Source of the DNA: Intoshia linei
Taxonomy: Eukaryota; Animalia; Orthonectida
Assembly (NCBI GenBank): GCA_001642005.1
Contig: LWCA01000150.1
Span: forward strand, 1-47,105
DNA: 47,105 bases
Reading direction: 5' to 3'
Shown here: positions 24,201 to 36,081 of the stretch, one piece after another
Position numbering within the stretch: the first letter of the stretch is position 1
How the letters are laid out: every line of letters starts with the position of its first letter
Notes under the pieces: model-generated
Told to the model about the DNA's origin: nothing
The model's database searches: none
Seen by the model: only the letters and a program-made list of their open reading frames with translations
Translations under genes and position numbers: made by a program

Positions 24201-25092
24201 TTTAAAACAAAAAAAGACGTAAAAAAAAACATTTAAATACATCAACTTCTTTAGGTCTAAATAATCTTGAAAATTTAACCCATTAATATTCCTTCCAAAA
24301 TCAATTTAACTGTACCTAACTATAAAAGATATAAAGCCAATAAACTAAAAATACAACTTAACATTAAAGACGTGTTAATATCTGATTTAGATCAGTAATA
24401 TAAAAATAACAACAATGTTTAAAAAAAAAATTACATTTTTCGAAAATAAATCCGGACAAGACGAAAAATCGTTTAAAATGCAACTGACATAAAAATACGA
24501 AAATATATCAAAATTACATTTTTAGAAATAAAAACATGTGCCACATAAATCAAACAAATAACCTTTAGAGATAAAATAAAAGCAATTAATTATAATGAAA
24601 TTATTCAAATCTAGATTATAACGCAATGTTATATTGATAAATTAATACATTTAGTGCATACAAATAAATCAAAAATTTATAAAGCATAATGTGTCAAATG
24701 TTTAAATTTATTACTACAATTCTCATTTACATTTAATAATGAATCTTTGTGGCTCACATGTAAAATTTAATGTACTTTTCTTTCAAGTTGAGATGTATTA
24801 CATTGGAACTTTTTAATGGAGCCTAGAAAATGTTCAGTCATTATAGAATACTTTTACACATTTTGTCAAATTGGGTTATGTGTCTATTATGTGTCAATAA
24901 ATTTCTTTTGTCAAATTCTTGCTAGATTATTAATTACCCAAAACATAATTAGAAATATTTTGTAATTGAAATCGACATTAAAAAATCAAATTAATATTAT
25001 GATCAATAGTTTCTGGCACAGTAAATTTGGTAAATAAGTAAAATGCAAATAAAAAACTAAAAATTAGTGTAATTTTAATAACCATACAAAAA

Positions 25093-28000
25093 TTAAATTA
25101 ATCGTTTCCATACATCAATAATGTGTAATATAGACTTTTGTGCAGAAAGTTTAATAGTATCCTGCAAAAAAATGTAAATATAAATATATATGTGAAAATA
25201 AAAACCATTAAAGTCATTATATTTAAAAATAGAGAAATTGTATCAACAATCTTTTCAATTCCACCGCATTCTGACAGACTATTGATAATCTTTGCGTTAA
25301 AATTCTAATAAAAGAATCAGTAAAAGATAATCAAAGACTTGCAGTTTCATTTTCCATAAAAAATCCAATTAATAACGAACAATAAGTTGATAAAGCACAA
25401 TATTGCACATGTTCTTCATATATCCCGTATTCTAGATGTAATATATGTATGTTGGATTACATTATACCTTTAGATTGAGACATGTATTTTGCCTTTTTTT
25501 TTATTTCGTCCCAATCAATATCCTTTATGGTATTTTCTAGAGATTCAGCTTTTTTTAAAGATTCATATAAAAGCTGAAAAGTGACACTATAAAGACAACA
25601 TAAATTAAAATACCTTTAACAAATAAAAGAGAAACATATTTTCAATGGGTTCTTTATTTAATTTTAAATTATTATACATATCAAAAAGCATTAAACAATT
25701 AGATTTTGACACTTCAGAGATATTGATAAATATGCTCAAAATCTAAAAATTTATATATTTTAATAAAAAAAATTCTACGGATTTTAATAACAAACTGTCA
25801 AAGTAAAAATATAATTATATTAAAATAGTTTCCAAAGGGTTCAATCCAAATTAAAAAGAAGAGTTACATTTACATTAGTTAATTTCAATAATAGAAAAAA
25901 CATTACCAACGACTGAACATCGGTATTTTTATCATATTGTGATGACTCTTTTTGCAATATTGTTAATAAAATATCCATTAATTCACTTTGGTTAATTAAA
26001 TACTTTCCAAAGGATTCTAATTGAACACAATAAAGATAATTCATAATAAACACATTTATTACACAATTTACATATTTTAATATAATTTTAGTTTAATACT
26101 TTATTTTTCAAAATAGTAAGGTTATCGAATGAATGAATTAAATTGATTCAATAAAAAAATATACAAAATTTTGTCTAATTTATTACATCACAGACTGTAA
26201 CTCTTGCGGCACTCGTCTCCCATTTGGGTACCACTGCCAATACGCTCATGCACAAAATGTAGAGTTAATAAATACATTAAAAGATAAATTTAAAATAGTA
26301 CCACTAAAATGGGCTTTGTTTAAAATAAATTTTAAAAAGCTCATGACAAAGGTATTAACTAGTTTGCAAATTGACAGTTTAGGAGACTTTTCTACATCCA
26401 ATAATAATTTATCCACATGAATATATTTATCATTATCAGCCTCATTATTTTTCAATATTTTATGGAAATAAGCGAAAATACTAAATATCAATAATAATAA
26501 TACAATATATGTTAAAAGCAATACTATAAATGCATAACCATTAATGCAGAGCTCTTTAAAGTTGTTTAAAGCGACCTGATAATCAATGTAACCTTTACGG
26601 CATCTCAGGCTCTAAGAGTTAAATATATTTTATAATTATCGCAATAGAGGAACAATTTTCCATTTCAATTATCCAGAGGTAAGGTGAATAATATATTTCC
26701 AGCGGTATTCGATATCTGGGACTGTTTAAGAAATACATATTCATTTATTAATTAATTTAGTTAGTTCAGTTACAATTGAATTTTTCAACAATTTTAAAAT
26801 AGGATTAGTTCCATCACTAATTTCAACCGTATTCCAGCTTCCATATGGAGTCACCATTTTCTCCAAGTGTAAAAAAAATTTAGAAAAATTTTAATTGAAT
26901 TTCACATTTCATTTACATTAAAATTCATTTTGGTTAAATTACTTTTTTCGAGTTAAAACAAAAAGGCAGCTTAATTACTTCAAATTGAGTTTAAAAAAAT
27001 TGGACCGCGGTTAAGAAGCTCTGTATTTATGTAATATGCATACTAATGTAATGTACATAAATAATAAAAATTCTACTTACAAAACAAGGTCATTAACAAT
27101 TTGATTTTCGACATAACAGTAGTTATTATTAATTAAATTATCCCATACATTAGCCTAAAATAATAAATTATACGCGTATTTTATAAAAAACATATTCCAA
27201 GATTTTAAGTCTTCTTGCTACAGCAATAATAAAAAATCTAGTTGTTACATTTGAAATGTCTTTATCATTTATTACCCTTTGAATATTTTGAGATACTAAA
27301 CATAAAATATTTTTATATAAAATAAATTGATACGAGACTATTACACCAAAGACAGGCAACACAGTGATGTAAAATTTCAATTACCCTTTACTAACGTAAT
27401 AATGTAAATTGAATAAATCCTTGTGAAGGTCTATGTGGTACCGTCTTATTATAAAATTAAAAGTCCTAGAAATAAAACAAACCCAATTTCTAATAGATTT
27501 TTTCGAGACTCATGTTTCATGCCAAATTAATTTTCAGAAACTAAGTCCTTCAGGGTTAAAAACCAGAATTATCTTTTCTTTTTTTTAGATAAAGTGAGTC
27601 ATAGAATTTAAAAAACTCAATTTCTAATAGAGTTTTTCGAGTCATGTTTACGCCAATTTCATTTTCACACTGAGTGTTTTAAGGTTAAAAACAAAATTAT
27701 CTTTTTCTTTCAAATAAAATGATTCATATAACTAAGTTTTTCGAGTAATGCTTCATCAAAAACGTAATTTTTAGAAATTCAGTCTTTCCGTGATAAAACG
27801 TATACAACGTTTAGTATTAAAATCCCTCTCGCAGAACAAACTACAATTTTTCCATATTAAAAAAAGAAAAACAGTACAACTGTCAAACTCTGAAGTAAAC
27901 TAAAAAAATATACAATTTTCATAAACATTATCCATTGTACATGATTTTTTAAATAAAGGGCTATAAATTTCCTGCTGAGATGCAGTGCAAGAGGACGGTA

Positions 28001-31000
28001 GAATATTGATCAAAATTTCAATAATAACATCTTGATACTAAATATAAAATGAAAGTAAAAAACAAAAAAAAAACTGTAATTTGGTTAATATTCAAAAAAT
28101 AGAGGTCGTTTGTGTACCAATTTGCTTCAAGTGTATTCTTAAGCTTTAAAAACTCTTCATCAGACCAAAGCAAATCGTTTGAAAAATTATCAATATTTTC
28201 AACAATATACTGAATGATACTTTTGTTTAACATTGATTTGTGTCGATTTGAAGGGCACGTTATTAAAAGGACTATAAAAGAAAACAATGCATTAAATTTC
28301 TAAATAAAAAGATTTATCATCAAATAAATCAAATTTATTATAAAAATATTATTTAAACCGGATTATAATTGTCTGTTTGACTTATCAAGGTATCCGAAAG
28401 AGTATAAAACAAAACAGTAAACTGTCTTTTTTGAGAAATGAAAAATGAAAATGCTTTTTTTGAAATTATTTGATTTATAAGTCTGTAGCATCCTAATATA
28501 CGAACATTTACATCATATTCTTTATTTAAACAAGAAATGACATCCTCAAATTCGTCTTTATAATCTTGACGTTCTCCAAGTTTCGCAGATTCTTCTGCAT
28601 CCCTGACATGTTTTATGTAGGTATACATACTATTTGAAGGACTAATTGGTTTCTCAAGTTTATTTTTTTCAATAATAGATTTATTAGGCATTGGAAAGAA
28701 ACTACATGAAAATTTTTTGGTTGGTGACAGGGTGTATGATAATAATGAAGATTTTATCCATTTTTTACTATTAAAACCAGCATCGTTAGGCTCTAAATTG
28801 AATGAACAATTTTTTGAAGGACTTTGAAAAGATTTTTTCATTTTTTGAGATAATTTGGATTCAAAATCATTCAATAAAACATCATCAACAATTGAAAGGA
28901 AGTTATCTAATAACTTTAAATAAATTTATAAAATTTTTAAAATTACTACAAGTATCTATATTTGATTCCGGCATTGATGGTTTAAGTGGACTTAGTTTAG
29001 TAAACAAATTATTGGGGTGTGGATCTTTGGATTGACAATTGGAACCCATTTCATTGGAAAATATTTTTTTAGAGTCATCATATAAACAAGATGAATCATT
29101 CATCTCTGTTTCTTTAACATCTAATACCGGTTCTAGATTATTCAATTCTTGCAATTTTACATGTTCTAATTTTACATTACGACTAACGCTTCTTGTGATT
29201 CTAGAATGTTTAACGATATATTTATCATCAGCATTAGTTGCTTTTATATATGGTTTATTAATGAATAATTTTTTTTCATTTTTTTCATTACTTTTAAAAC
29301 CGTTTTTAATACCTATTTCAACATTTGTTTTATAATTTCCCATATTTTTTGATTTTGATATGGGTTTTATTTTTCTTTGATTGTCATTTATCGTAAAATT
29401 TCTACTAACAAGTGGTTTCGATTGAATTTTTGTCTAAATTTAAGATATTAATCGTATTCTCGTTACATTCACTAATTTTATTGCGTTTTTATCTAGTAAT
29501 CAGGGCAGTGGAGAAATAGCCATATGAAGGGCCATCATCACCTTAGACAGATCTAACATTTTAAATTAATAGGTAAAGTTATAAATATTTCATTCATTTT
29601 ACAGGTATATTTTTTAAATTTAGATGAAGTTTTGAAATAAAGTTAAATTAATGTCAAATTCTGTTTATTAATTCAACATTTTTAAATGAGAATATTCTTA
29701 AACCCAACCATTTTTACTCCAAATCTACTTTTAGCAACCCTTATGGGAAAACCCACTTTTACCAACCTTTAATGGAAAAATTCGGTTTTAAAAGCCCTTT
29801 AGAATAAATTCCAGTTTTACCAACAGTAACAATATAATCAATATCAATATACATTTATTACAATATACATAGATCTAATTACATTATCAATCAAGTCAAC
29901 AGAAATTATATTGTAACTTAAAAATAATTTATTAATTAAACACATTATTGTTTGGACATCTTTCAAAATTACTACACCAACCTTTAATGGAAAAATCGAG
30001 TTTTACCTACCCTTAAAGGAATAGTCCACTTTTATCAACTTTTAATGGAAAAAATGTTAAAACTGCTGTTGAATTTTTTATTTTAGTGTTGTTAAATTTT
30101 GATTTTTAGTAAAAATGGTTGGATTTAAGTAGACACCCTTTTTAAATATTAACATATGTCAAAAAAAATAAAATTTTTATATTCGTTATGGATTCACAAA
30201 AATAAATGATATTAATACATCGGACAAACCAGAGTTTTTTATGTTCAAAGGTTTTTTGTCATTTCATCTAGCAATTTTTGTTATCCTACTTAGAATATTA
30301 AAATTTTTGGGTGTGCCAAACCGAATTTTATTGAATTAAGGGGTTTGAGTTTGCTTATCGTGTATTAATCAAAAACTACTGTCGATAGACGCACAATTTT
30401 TTTTTTGATTTTAATCTTTTCTTAATCTACCTGGTATGTTTTTGAATTTCTAAAAAATTTTTTTAAATCTGACACCTAGTGATTGTGTCGCGAAAAAAAC
30501 CGGGACAAAATTCCCGGGATTTTTACGATTTCCCGAAAAAAATTGAGACATACCTGTTTTTGATTTATGTTTGTTATTACTATGAAAATATGATTATATA
30601 TAATTATATTATAAACTTAGTTAAAATTAAAGGAAGCCCTTATGACCGTTCAACCTACGTCAACTCAAAATGAAAGAAAATCTTTACAGCTTATAATTTC
30701 GTTACAAAACGTAGAACGCGTTTAAAAGACGAATCTATCCATATTATGTGTGTTTTGAAATACTTTTTCAACAATCTAAAATAAAAAAATTTTTTTCTAA
30801 TTAAATTTGTTAATTTCAAACTAGATTCGTGTTATTTCATTAATTAAGGTCTCTAAAATTTTTAATGCTTCTATATTATATATGAATAAAAATTTTTTAT
30901 TTTTCATGGGAAATTTAATTTTTAATTTCCCGGTTCTCGACTTTTGTCATTTCCCGGAAAATCACAATCACTAGTGACACCCTAATAATCACAGAATAAA

Positions 31001-32232
31001 ATAAAAAAAATTAACTCTCGATAATATATATTAGGGAATAAATAGATGCCTGCGCTATTCACCAAAATTTTTCAAAATCAATAAATAAAATCTTTACACT
31101 CCTTTGTTCCTGTAAAATTTAGTGTAAATAATAAAATTTAAAAAAAATAAGGAATCGCATATTAAATCGTAGAATTATATGTAATAAATTAATTACAAGA
31201 TATGAAAAAAAGGGAATTGATCAACAAAAAAAATAAATAAACTATAGTTCTGAACCTGCACTACTTGAGGCCCCTTTTCGGGGCCTCAACAAAATTTTTG
31301 TAAAATACTCATTTATAAAAATTGAGAATTAAAAAAAGGTTATTCTGAAATATCATAACTATTTTGTATGTTAAATTTATCTAAAGTGTCCAGAAAAGTA
31401 CGTACTATCAATTTTAGTTTATTTGATGTAAATATAAAACCAAAACTACTTATCATTGATGACGAATAAAAATTTTCGAATTAAAATTTATTCTAAATAA
31501 ACTAAAAGTGATAGTACGTATTTTTTTGGCAACTTTAATTTAAATGTCAAGTCAAGAGCATTGGGGAGTTGACTAGGCTGATGAAACTATGCATCGTTTA
31601 TAAAAATTGTTTTTAGCCTTATTTACATTAAATTTATTTTTTATTTTCGGGTGACCTCGACTTTGATAGCTTCGGCTCTAAACTACATATATAAACTGTT
31701 TTCAGATTTAAAAAATATTTAATTTTCTATAGTGATATATTTTTAAATTGTTCACCGTTTTCTAGAAACTGAGTTATTATTCGCTCAAAATTTGTTATTT
31801 ATTTTTCGGGATTCCCGATTTTGGCACTTAGAAGAGGTTCACTGTATGATAATAATACTAATAATAAGATGTTGCTATTATTACCTTTATTTTATCTTTT
31901 ATTTCAACCTTTTTTGAGACATTTAAACAATTTTTTGTTTTTTTTTGATTTTCAACTAACTTTGCGTTTTCACTACTTTTGCGTTTCTTGTGTATAGTAT
32001 TTATATTGCTATCAGTACTTTTACATTTATGGATATTAGATAATTGACTATTAAGTAAATTCCAAGGTTCAATATTAGAACCTAAAGATTCATCATCAGA
32101 GTTGAAATCAAATAAAGACAACATTTTTTTTTTGTTAGTTTCAGGTTTATTGCGGTGTATTTTTAATCGGTGAACAGTTCTACCCCATTTACTGCTAATT
32201 TGTTTTAAATTTGCTTTTGATTCTTTATCCAT
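25093..32232 (-). CDS. WAPL: Wings apart-like cohesin release factor. Predicted exons include 32232-31885, 29433-28947, 28906-28359, 28299-28075, 28037-~27914, ~27295-27192, ~27153-27080, ~26480-26302, ~26017-25908 and five further short exons ending at TAA 25093
   Basis: Low-complexity basic N-terminus, then YIKHVRDAEESAKLGERQDYKDEFEDVISCL..NVRILGCYRL (start of the WAPL domain), ARRLKILEY, FLKFILNKAHFSESFG, DVQSL..ILSIFINISE, EEHVQYCALSTYCSLLIGF, TISLFLNIMTLM and AQKSILHIIDVW. These follow the WAPL HEAT-domain order. Splice phases are consistent where checked. Confidence 0.85.
27480..27800. repeat. ~135-bp tandem repeat, about 2.5 units, in a WAPL intron
   Basis: caatttctaataga..tttttcgag..tcatgttt..gccaa..ggttaaaaac..aattatctttt recurs at ~27484, ~27618 and partially ~27735. 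Confidence 0.75.
29688..30138. mobile_element. Mutator-like (MULE) MITE
   Basis: ~30-bp TIRs with core cttaaa(c)ccaaccatttttact / agtaaaaatggttggatttaag. Perfect 9-bp TSD tttttaaat at 29679-29687 and 30139-30147. Internal repeats ttttaccaacctttaatggaaaaa. Confidence 0.85.
30477..30973. mobile_element. hAT-type MITE
   Basis: Perfect TIR tagtgattgtg / cacaatcacta. 8-bp TSD ctgacacc / gtgacacc. Subterminal ttcccgg motifs. Confidence 0.85.
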
Positions 32233-32468
32233 TTACTTGATTTAAAATATATTTAAAAATTCAAAATAAAATTCTCAGTTTCATATTAATTTTTTTCACA
32301 CATTATATATCAAGCGAAACTATAGGAGAGATTTATTGATTTTTCTTTAGATTGAATTTGTATTTATTTGTTGGGTTTATGGTTTATTTTGATTTTATTC
32401 TTTTTGATTTTACTACAATTGTAGTTGTCTTATGACTAGCTAGTTTGTTATGTACTTCGCACTAACAG

Positions 32469-33694
32469 CAGTGGCGTAGCGTGACTTTTCTCACAAGGTG
32501 TTCGGGAATGGTTCCTTGGTAACGTAACATTTTAAATAAAGTTAAAATAAATACAGAAATATAAAAAAATGTTCATAAGGGGTCGCGAATACAGAAAATT
32601 TGAAAACTATTTCTATAAAGTATGCTTGAAAGATAACTTGTATTTGATATGAATTTAATTTGTTTCATTCTTGTAAATAAAATTTTTGACCAATTAAAAA
32701 TAGAATACTGTATTTAAATTAAAGTCTATATCCAAGTGTAAGTTGTTCATTTTATTTTCAACACACCTTGAGTAAAATTTGACCATGTAAATCTCTAGAA
32801 AATATTTCCATGTTATAAATGTTAGCAAATGATGTATCATTAGATACTATGAAATTGTGTTCGCTAAATTTTCAAGCCACCTTGAGTATAATATTAAAAT
32901 TCAAATCTCTATAGAAAATAATTAAACAATGAAAACATCGCAATAATGAAAGTATAGTGTTAAGTCTAAATCTATATCTAAGTGCAAGGTGTTCATTTTA
33001 TTTTCAACACACCTTGAGTAAAATTTGACAATGTAAATCTTATAGATAATATTTTCATATTATAAATGTGAGCATAAATTTATCATTAAGATACTATGAA
33101 AATGTGTTCGCTAAATTTTCAAGACACCTTAAGACTTAACTTAAGTTAAGTATAATATTAGAATTTAAATCTCTATAGAAAATATTTATCCAATTTTTAC
33201 GATGTACAAATTTATTCTAATTGAAATTTATTATGAGTTTAAAGTTTTGTACTGATGTTTTTCAAAGATAGATTTTAACAGATAATTTATTATTGACATA
33301 TTATATGAATATCGAATAGGAACTATGCTGTGATATCGAACTTAAATTATAAAAATTATGTTATTTATTAAATATAATTTTTTTAAATTTTAAATTGTCT
33401 AGGGTGTTCGGCGAACACCTTGCACACTATGACGCTACGCCACTGCTCACAAGGTGTACGGGAATGGTTCCTTAGTAACATAATATTTTTAAATAAAATT
33501 AATACCTAAATATAAAAAAATGTCTATAATACATATATATTCTCATTAGATGTTCATTTGATCGTAAATTTTATTTATAATGACTATAAAACAGTGTTTT
33601 CCTCATCATAAATTATGTTATTTACTAATATAATTTTTTTAAATTTTCTAGGGTGAGCCGCGCACACCTTGGACACTATGACGCTACGTCACTG
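32469..33694. mobile_element. Composite hAT-type element with one left end and two right ends
   Basis: Left TIR cagtggcgtagcgt. Right TIRs acgctacgccactg (33445) and acgctacgtcactg (33694). Outer TSD actaacag / actaacgg. Internal ~240-bp tandem duplication at ~32720-33185. Confidence 0.85.
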
Positions 33695-33949
33695 ACTAAC
33701 GGAGGATAATTCTGACGAGGACTGGCGTTTCTATACACAATAGAAGCGTCTTCTAATAATCAAATATATAACGATCAGCCGCTAAGCATAAACCTTATCG
33801 TGATTAAATTGATAGATGAGATTAAGAATTCAGTACATTTTGATTAAAATGTATGTCATTTTATTATTTTCCCAAGTGTCCTTTCTTTTTAAAATTAAAA
33901 CCCGTCATAGAATTATAAAAAATACATTCTAATGAAAAGATTTAATTTC

Positions 33950-35244
33950 ACCAATATAATGATAATTTTAAATTTCAAAATCTTATATCTTCACGAACTA
34001 AACCACAAATTACTTTTTTTTTTAAAAATTAAGAAAGTTTTAGAATTGTATACAACATAAATTCTGGAATAATTTTTAAATTCATAAGCATTATCATAAA
34101 TGGTAACATCAAAAAATGTAATTTTCACGTTTAAAAACCCAGAATACCCTTTTTTTAAAAATGAAAACAGCCCTAGAATTTTAAAAAAATTTTGGATCAT
34201 ACAGTTATATCCAATTAACACACACAAAATTTTTTAATCTGATTGAGTGAGACCTTCATGGTCAAAAAAGTACTTTAATATTCATTTTTTTTACTTCGAA
34301 AATATTTTATTAAAACAAAAAATTGAAAATAATTAACGGTCGTACAATTAAAAAAAAGATTGTTTTGATAGAACTTATTACATTTGATATAAATACAAAA
34401 TTTTAACTCCAGAAATCTACGCATTCTAGGTGAAAAATTATTTTTATTATTTTATCAACGAATATTTTTCAAATGTTAAATTAAAATTAAAAATAAAAAA
34501 GTAAATAATCATCCTACAATTTGATGATCAAAATAAAATGTGTATTAAATGTATACATTTTCAATAAAGAAATATAGGTGGAAATCTATATAATTTATTT
34601 CTTCGGATTTTTTTTCATTGCTACAAAATTTTTCATTCTCAAATTCTCATTTTCTAAACATTTTGTTTAAAATTAAAAGAAAAACTACAACAAGAAATTA
34701 ATAAAATACAACTTTGTTATTATTATTTTTATATTTTTTAAAAACCTTTTCAATATTGTCAAAATTCATCTAAAATGTGTTTCTGAAGTGCTCATTCCGT
34801 TAATTATGGATACAAAATTAATATTTTTTATTCATCGAAAACAGATACCGAATATACAGGTTTATCGGAATTTTATTTTTTCTTGATATTAAGCTATATA
34901 TGACGATTTTTAGGATTGTACTGTTTTTACTTTATTTTTAAACTTATATACACATTCTGTCAGATAAATTAATAAAATGGGATGACAATTGTTTTTAAAA
35001 TTCTCTAAATAAATGTTAACATAACACAATTAAGATAGAATAATTCACTTTAAATTAAAAGGTAATGTGATATGACGATTCCACGCGAAATAAGTTTTGG
35101 AACCACTTCTTTAAAGGATTGATAATAGTTAATAGTATCATTTTTAAGTTAGATTTTTTTATTGGATTCATTTTTTGGTAGGAAAAAAATGTGCCCTTAG
35201 CAGAGCTAGATGCTGTTTGTTTGCATTACGTAACAGTCAACTAG
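33950..35244 (+). mobile_element. Longest Helitron family copy, plus orientation
   Basis: Reverse complement of the 7570-7800, 7060-7350 and 2825-3120 segments in order, ending ...gtaacagtcaaCTAG|t at 35244. Confidence 0.75.
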
Positions 35245-35280
35245 TTAAAATAATAAAATTAAAAAAAATGAATACTAAAG

Positions 35281-35640
35281 TGCCTTTTTTACCGTGAAGG
35301 CATCACTTATTTAAATTGAATTTTTTGTGGGTTTTAACTGAATATAACTACATCAACTGTATATTTTTAAAATTCTAGAACTATTATTTATTTTAAAAAA
35401 AAGGTAATCTGTGGTTTTGACGTTGAAAATGCACTTTTTAGGTTGTTATTTATGTTAATGCTTATGATTTTAAACACTATCCCACAATTTGTATGGTATA
35501 AAAATCTTTATCAGATTGTGTATTTTTTATAATTCTATTTGACTCGTTTGATTTTAAAAAAAAAAGTTAATTGGGGTTTTTTACCTTGAAGAAGTCAATT
35601 TCTGAAAATAAAATTTGCGATAAAATTTAATCGACGACAA
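35281..35640 (-). mobile_element. Helitron family internal/5' fragment
   Basis: gcctttttaccgtgaaggcatcacttat.. segment shared with 7570 and 37886. Confidence 0.7.
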
Positions 35641-36081
35641 TTTGGTATTAGAAAGTTGTATTTTTATAAACTTAAACCACCAAATCAATAAATGACGTAA
35701 ATTTTTAATTAAATCCTTTACTTATATAAAATTGAATGTATGTGTGTTAGCGTAATTTTTATCAAGCTAAGCTAAACTAAATTTGAAAAAATGAGGCCCC
35801 ATTTTATAAAAATTTCGTTGAGTGATTGACATTCCCCGAAAAGAGGTATCAGTGTGGTAGGTTCGGCACAGCATAATCATTCATTTATTTATATTAAATT
35901 TCAGACCCCTATTAAAAAATGAAATAGAATTTTACGGGCTCCATTAAATTGCAGAACATGAACTATATGAATTGTACAATATGATTACAGTTTATTGAAA
36001 GAATTACAATAAATTAATAATTTGGTTGAATATAAACAAATGATAACAATGTTTCATCCATAAACTTGAAATAATGAAAAA

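Noticed and set aside
28875-28950. Apparent frameshift between WAPL ORFs 29343-28903 and 28874-28353
   Set aside because: Explained by a 40-nt GT-AG intron (28946-28907) that restores the frame.
31265-31295. Rho-independent terminator
   Set aside because: Eukaryotic intron context. Better explained as a repeat-associated hairpin.
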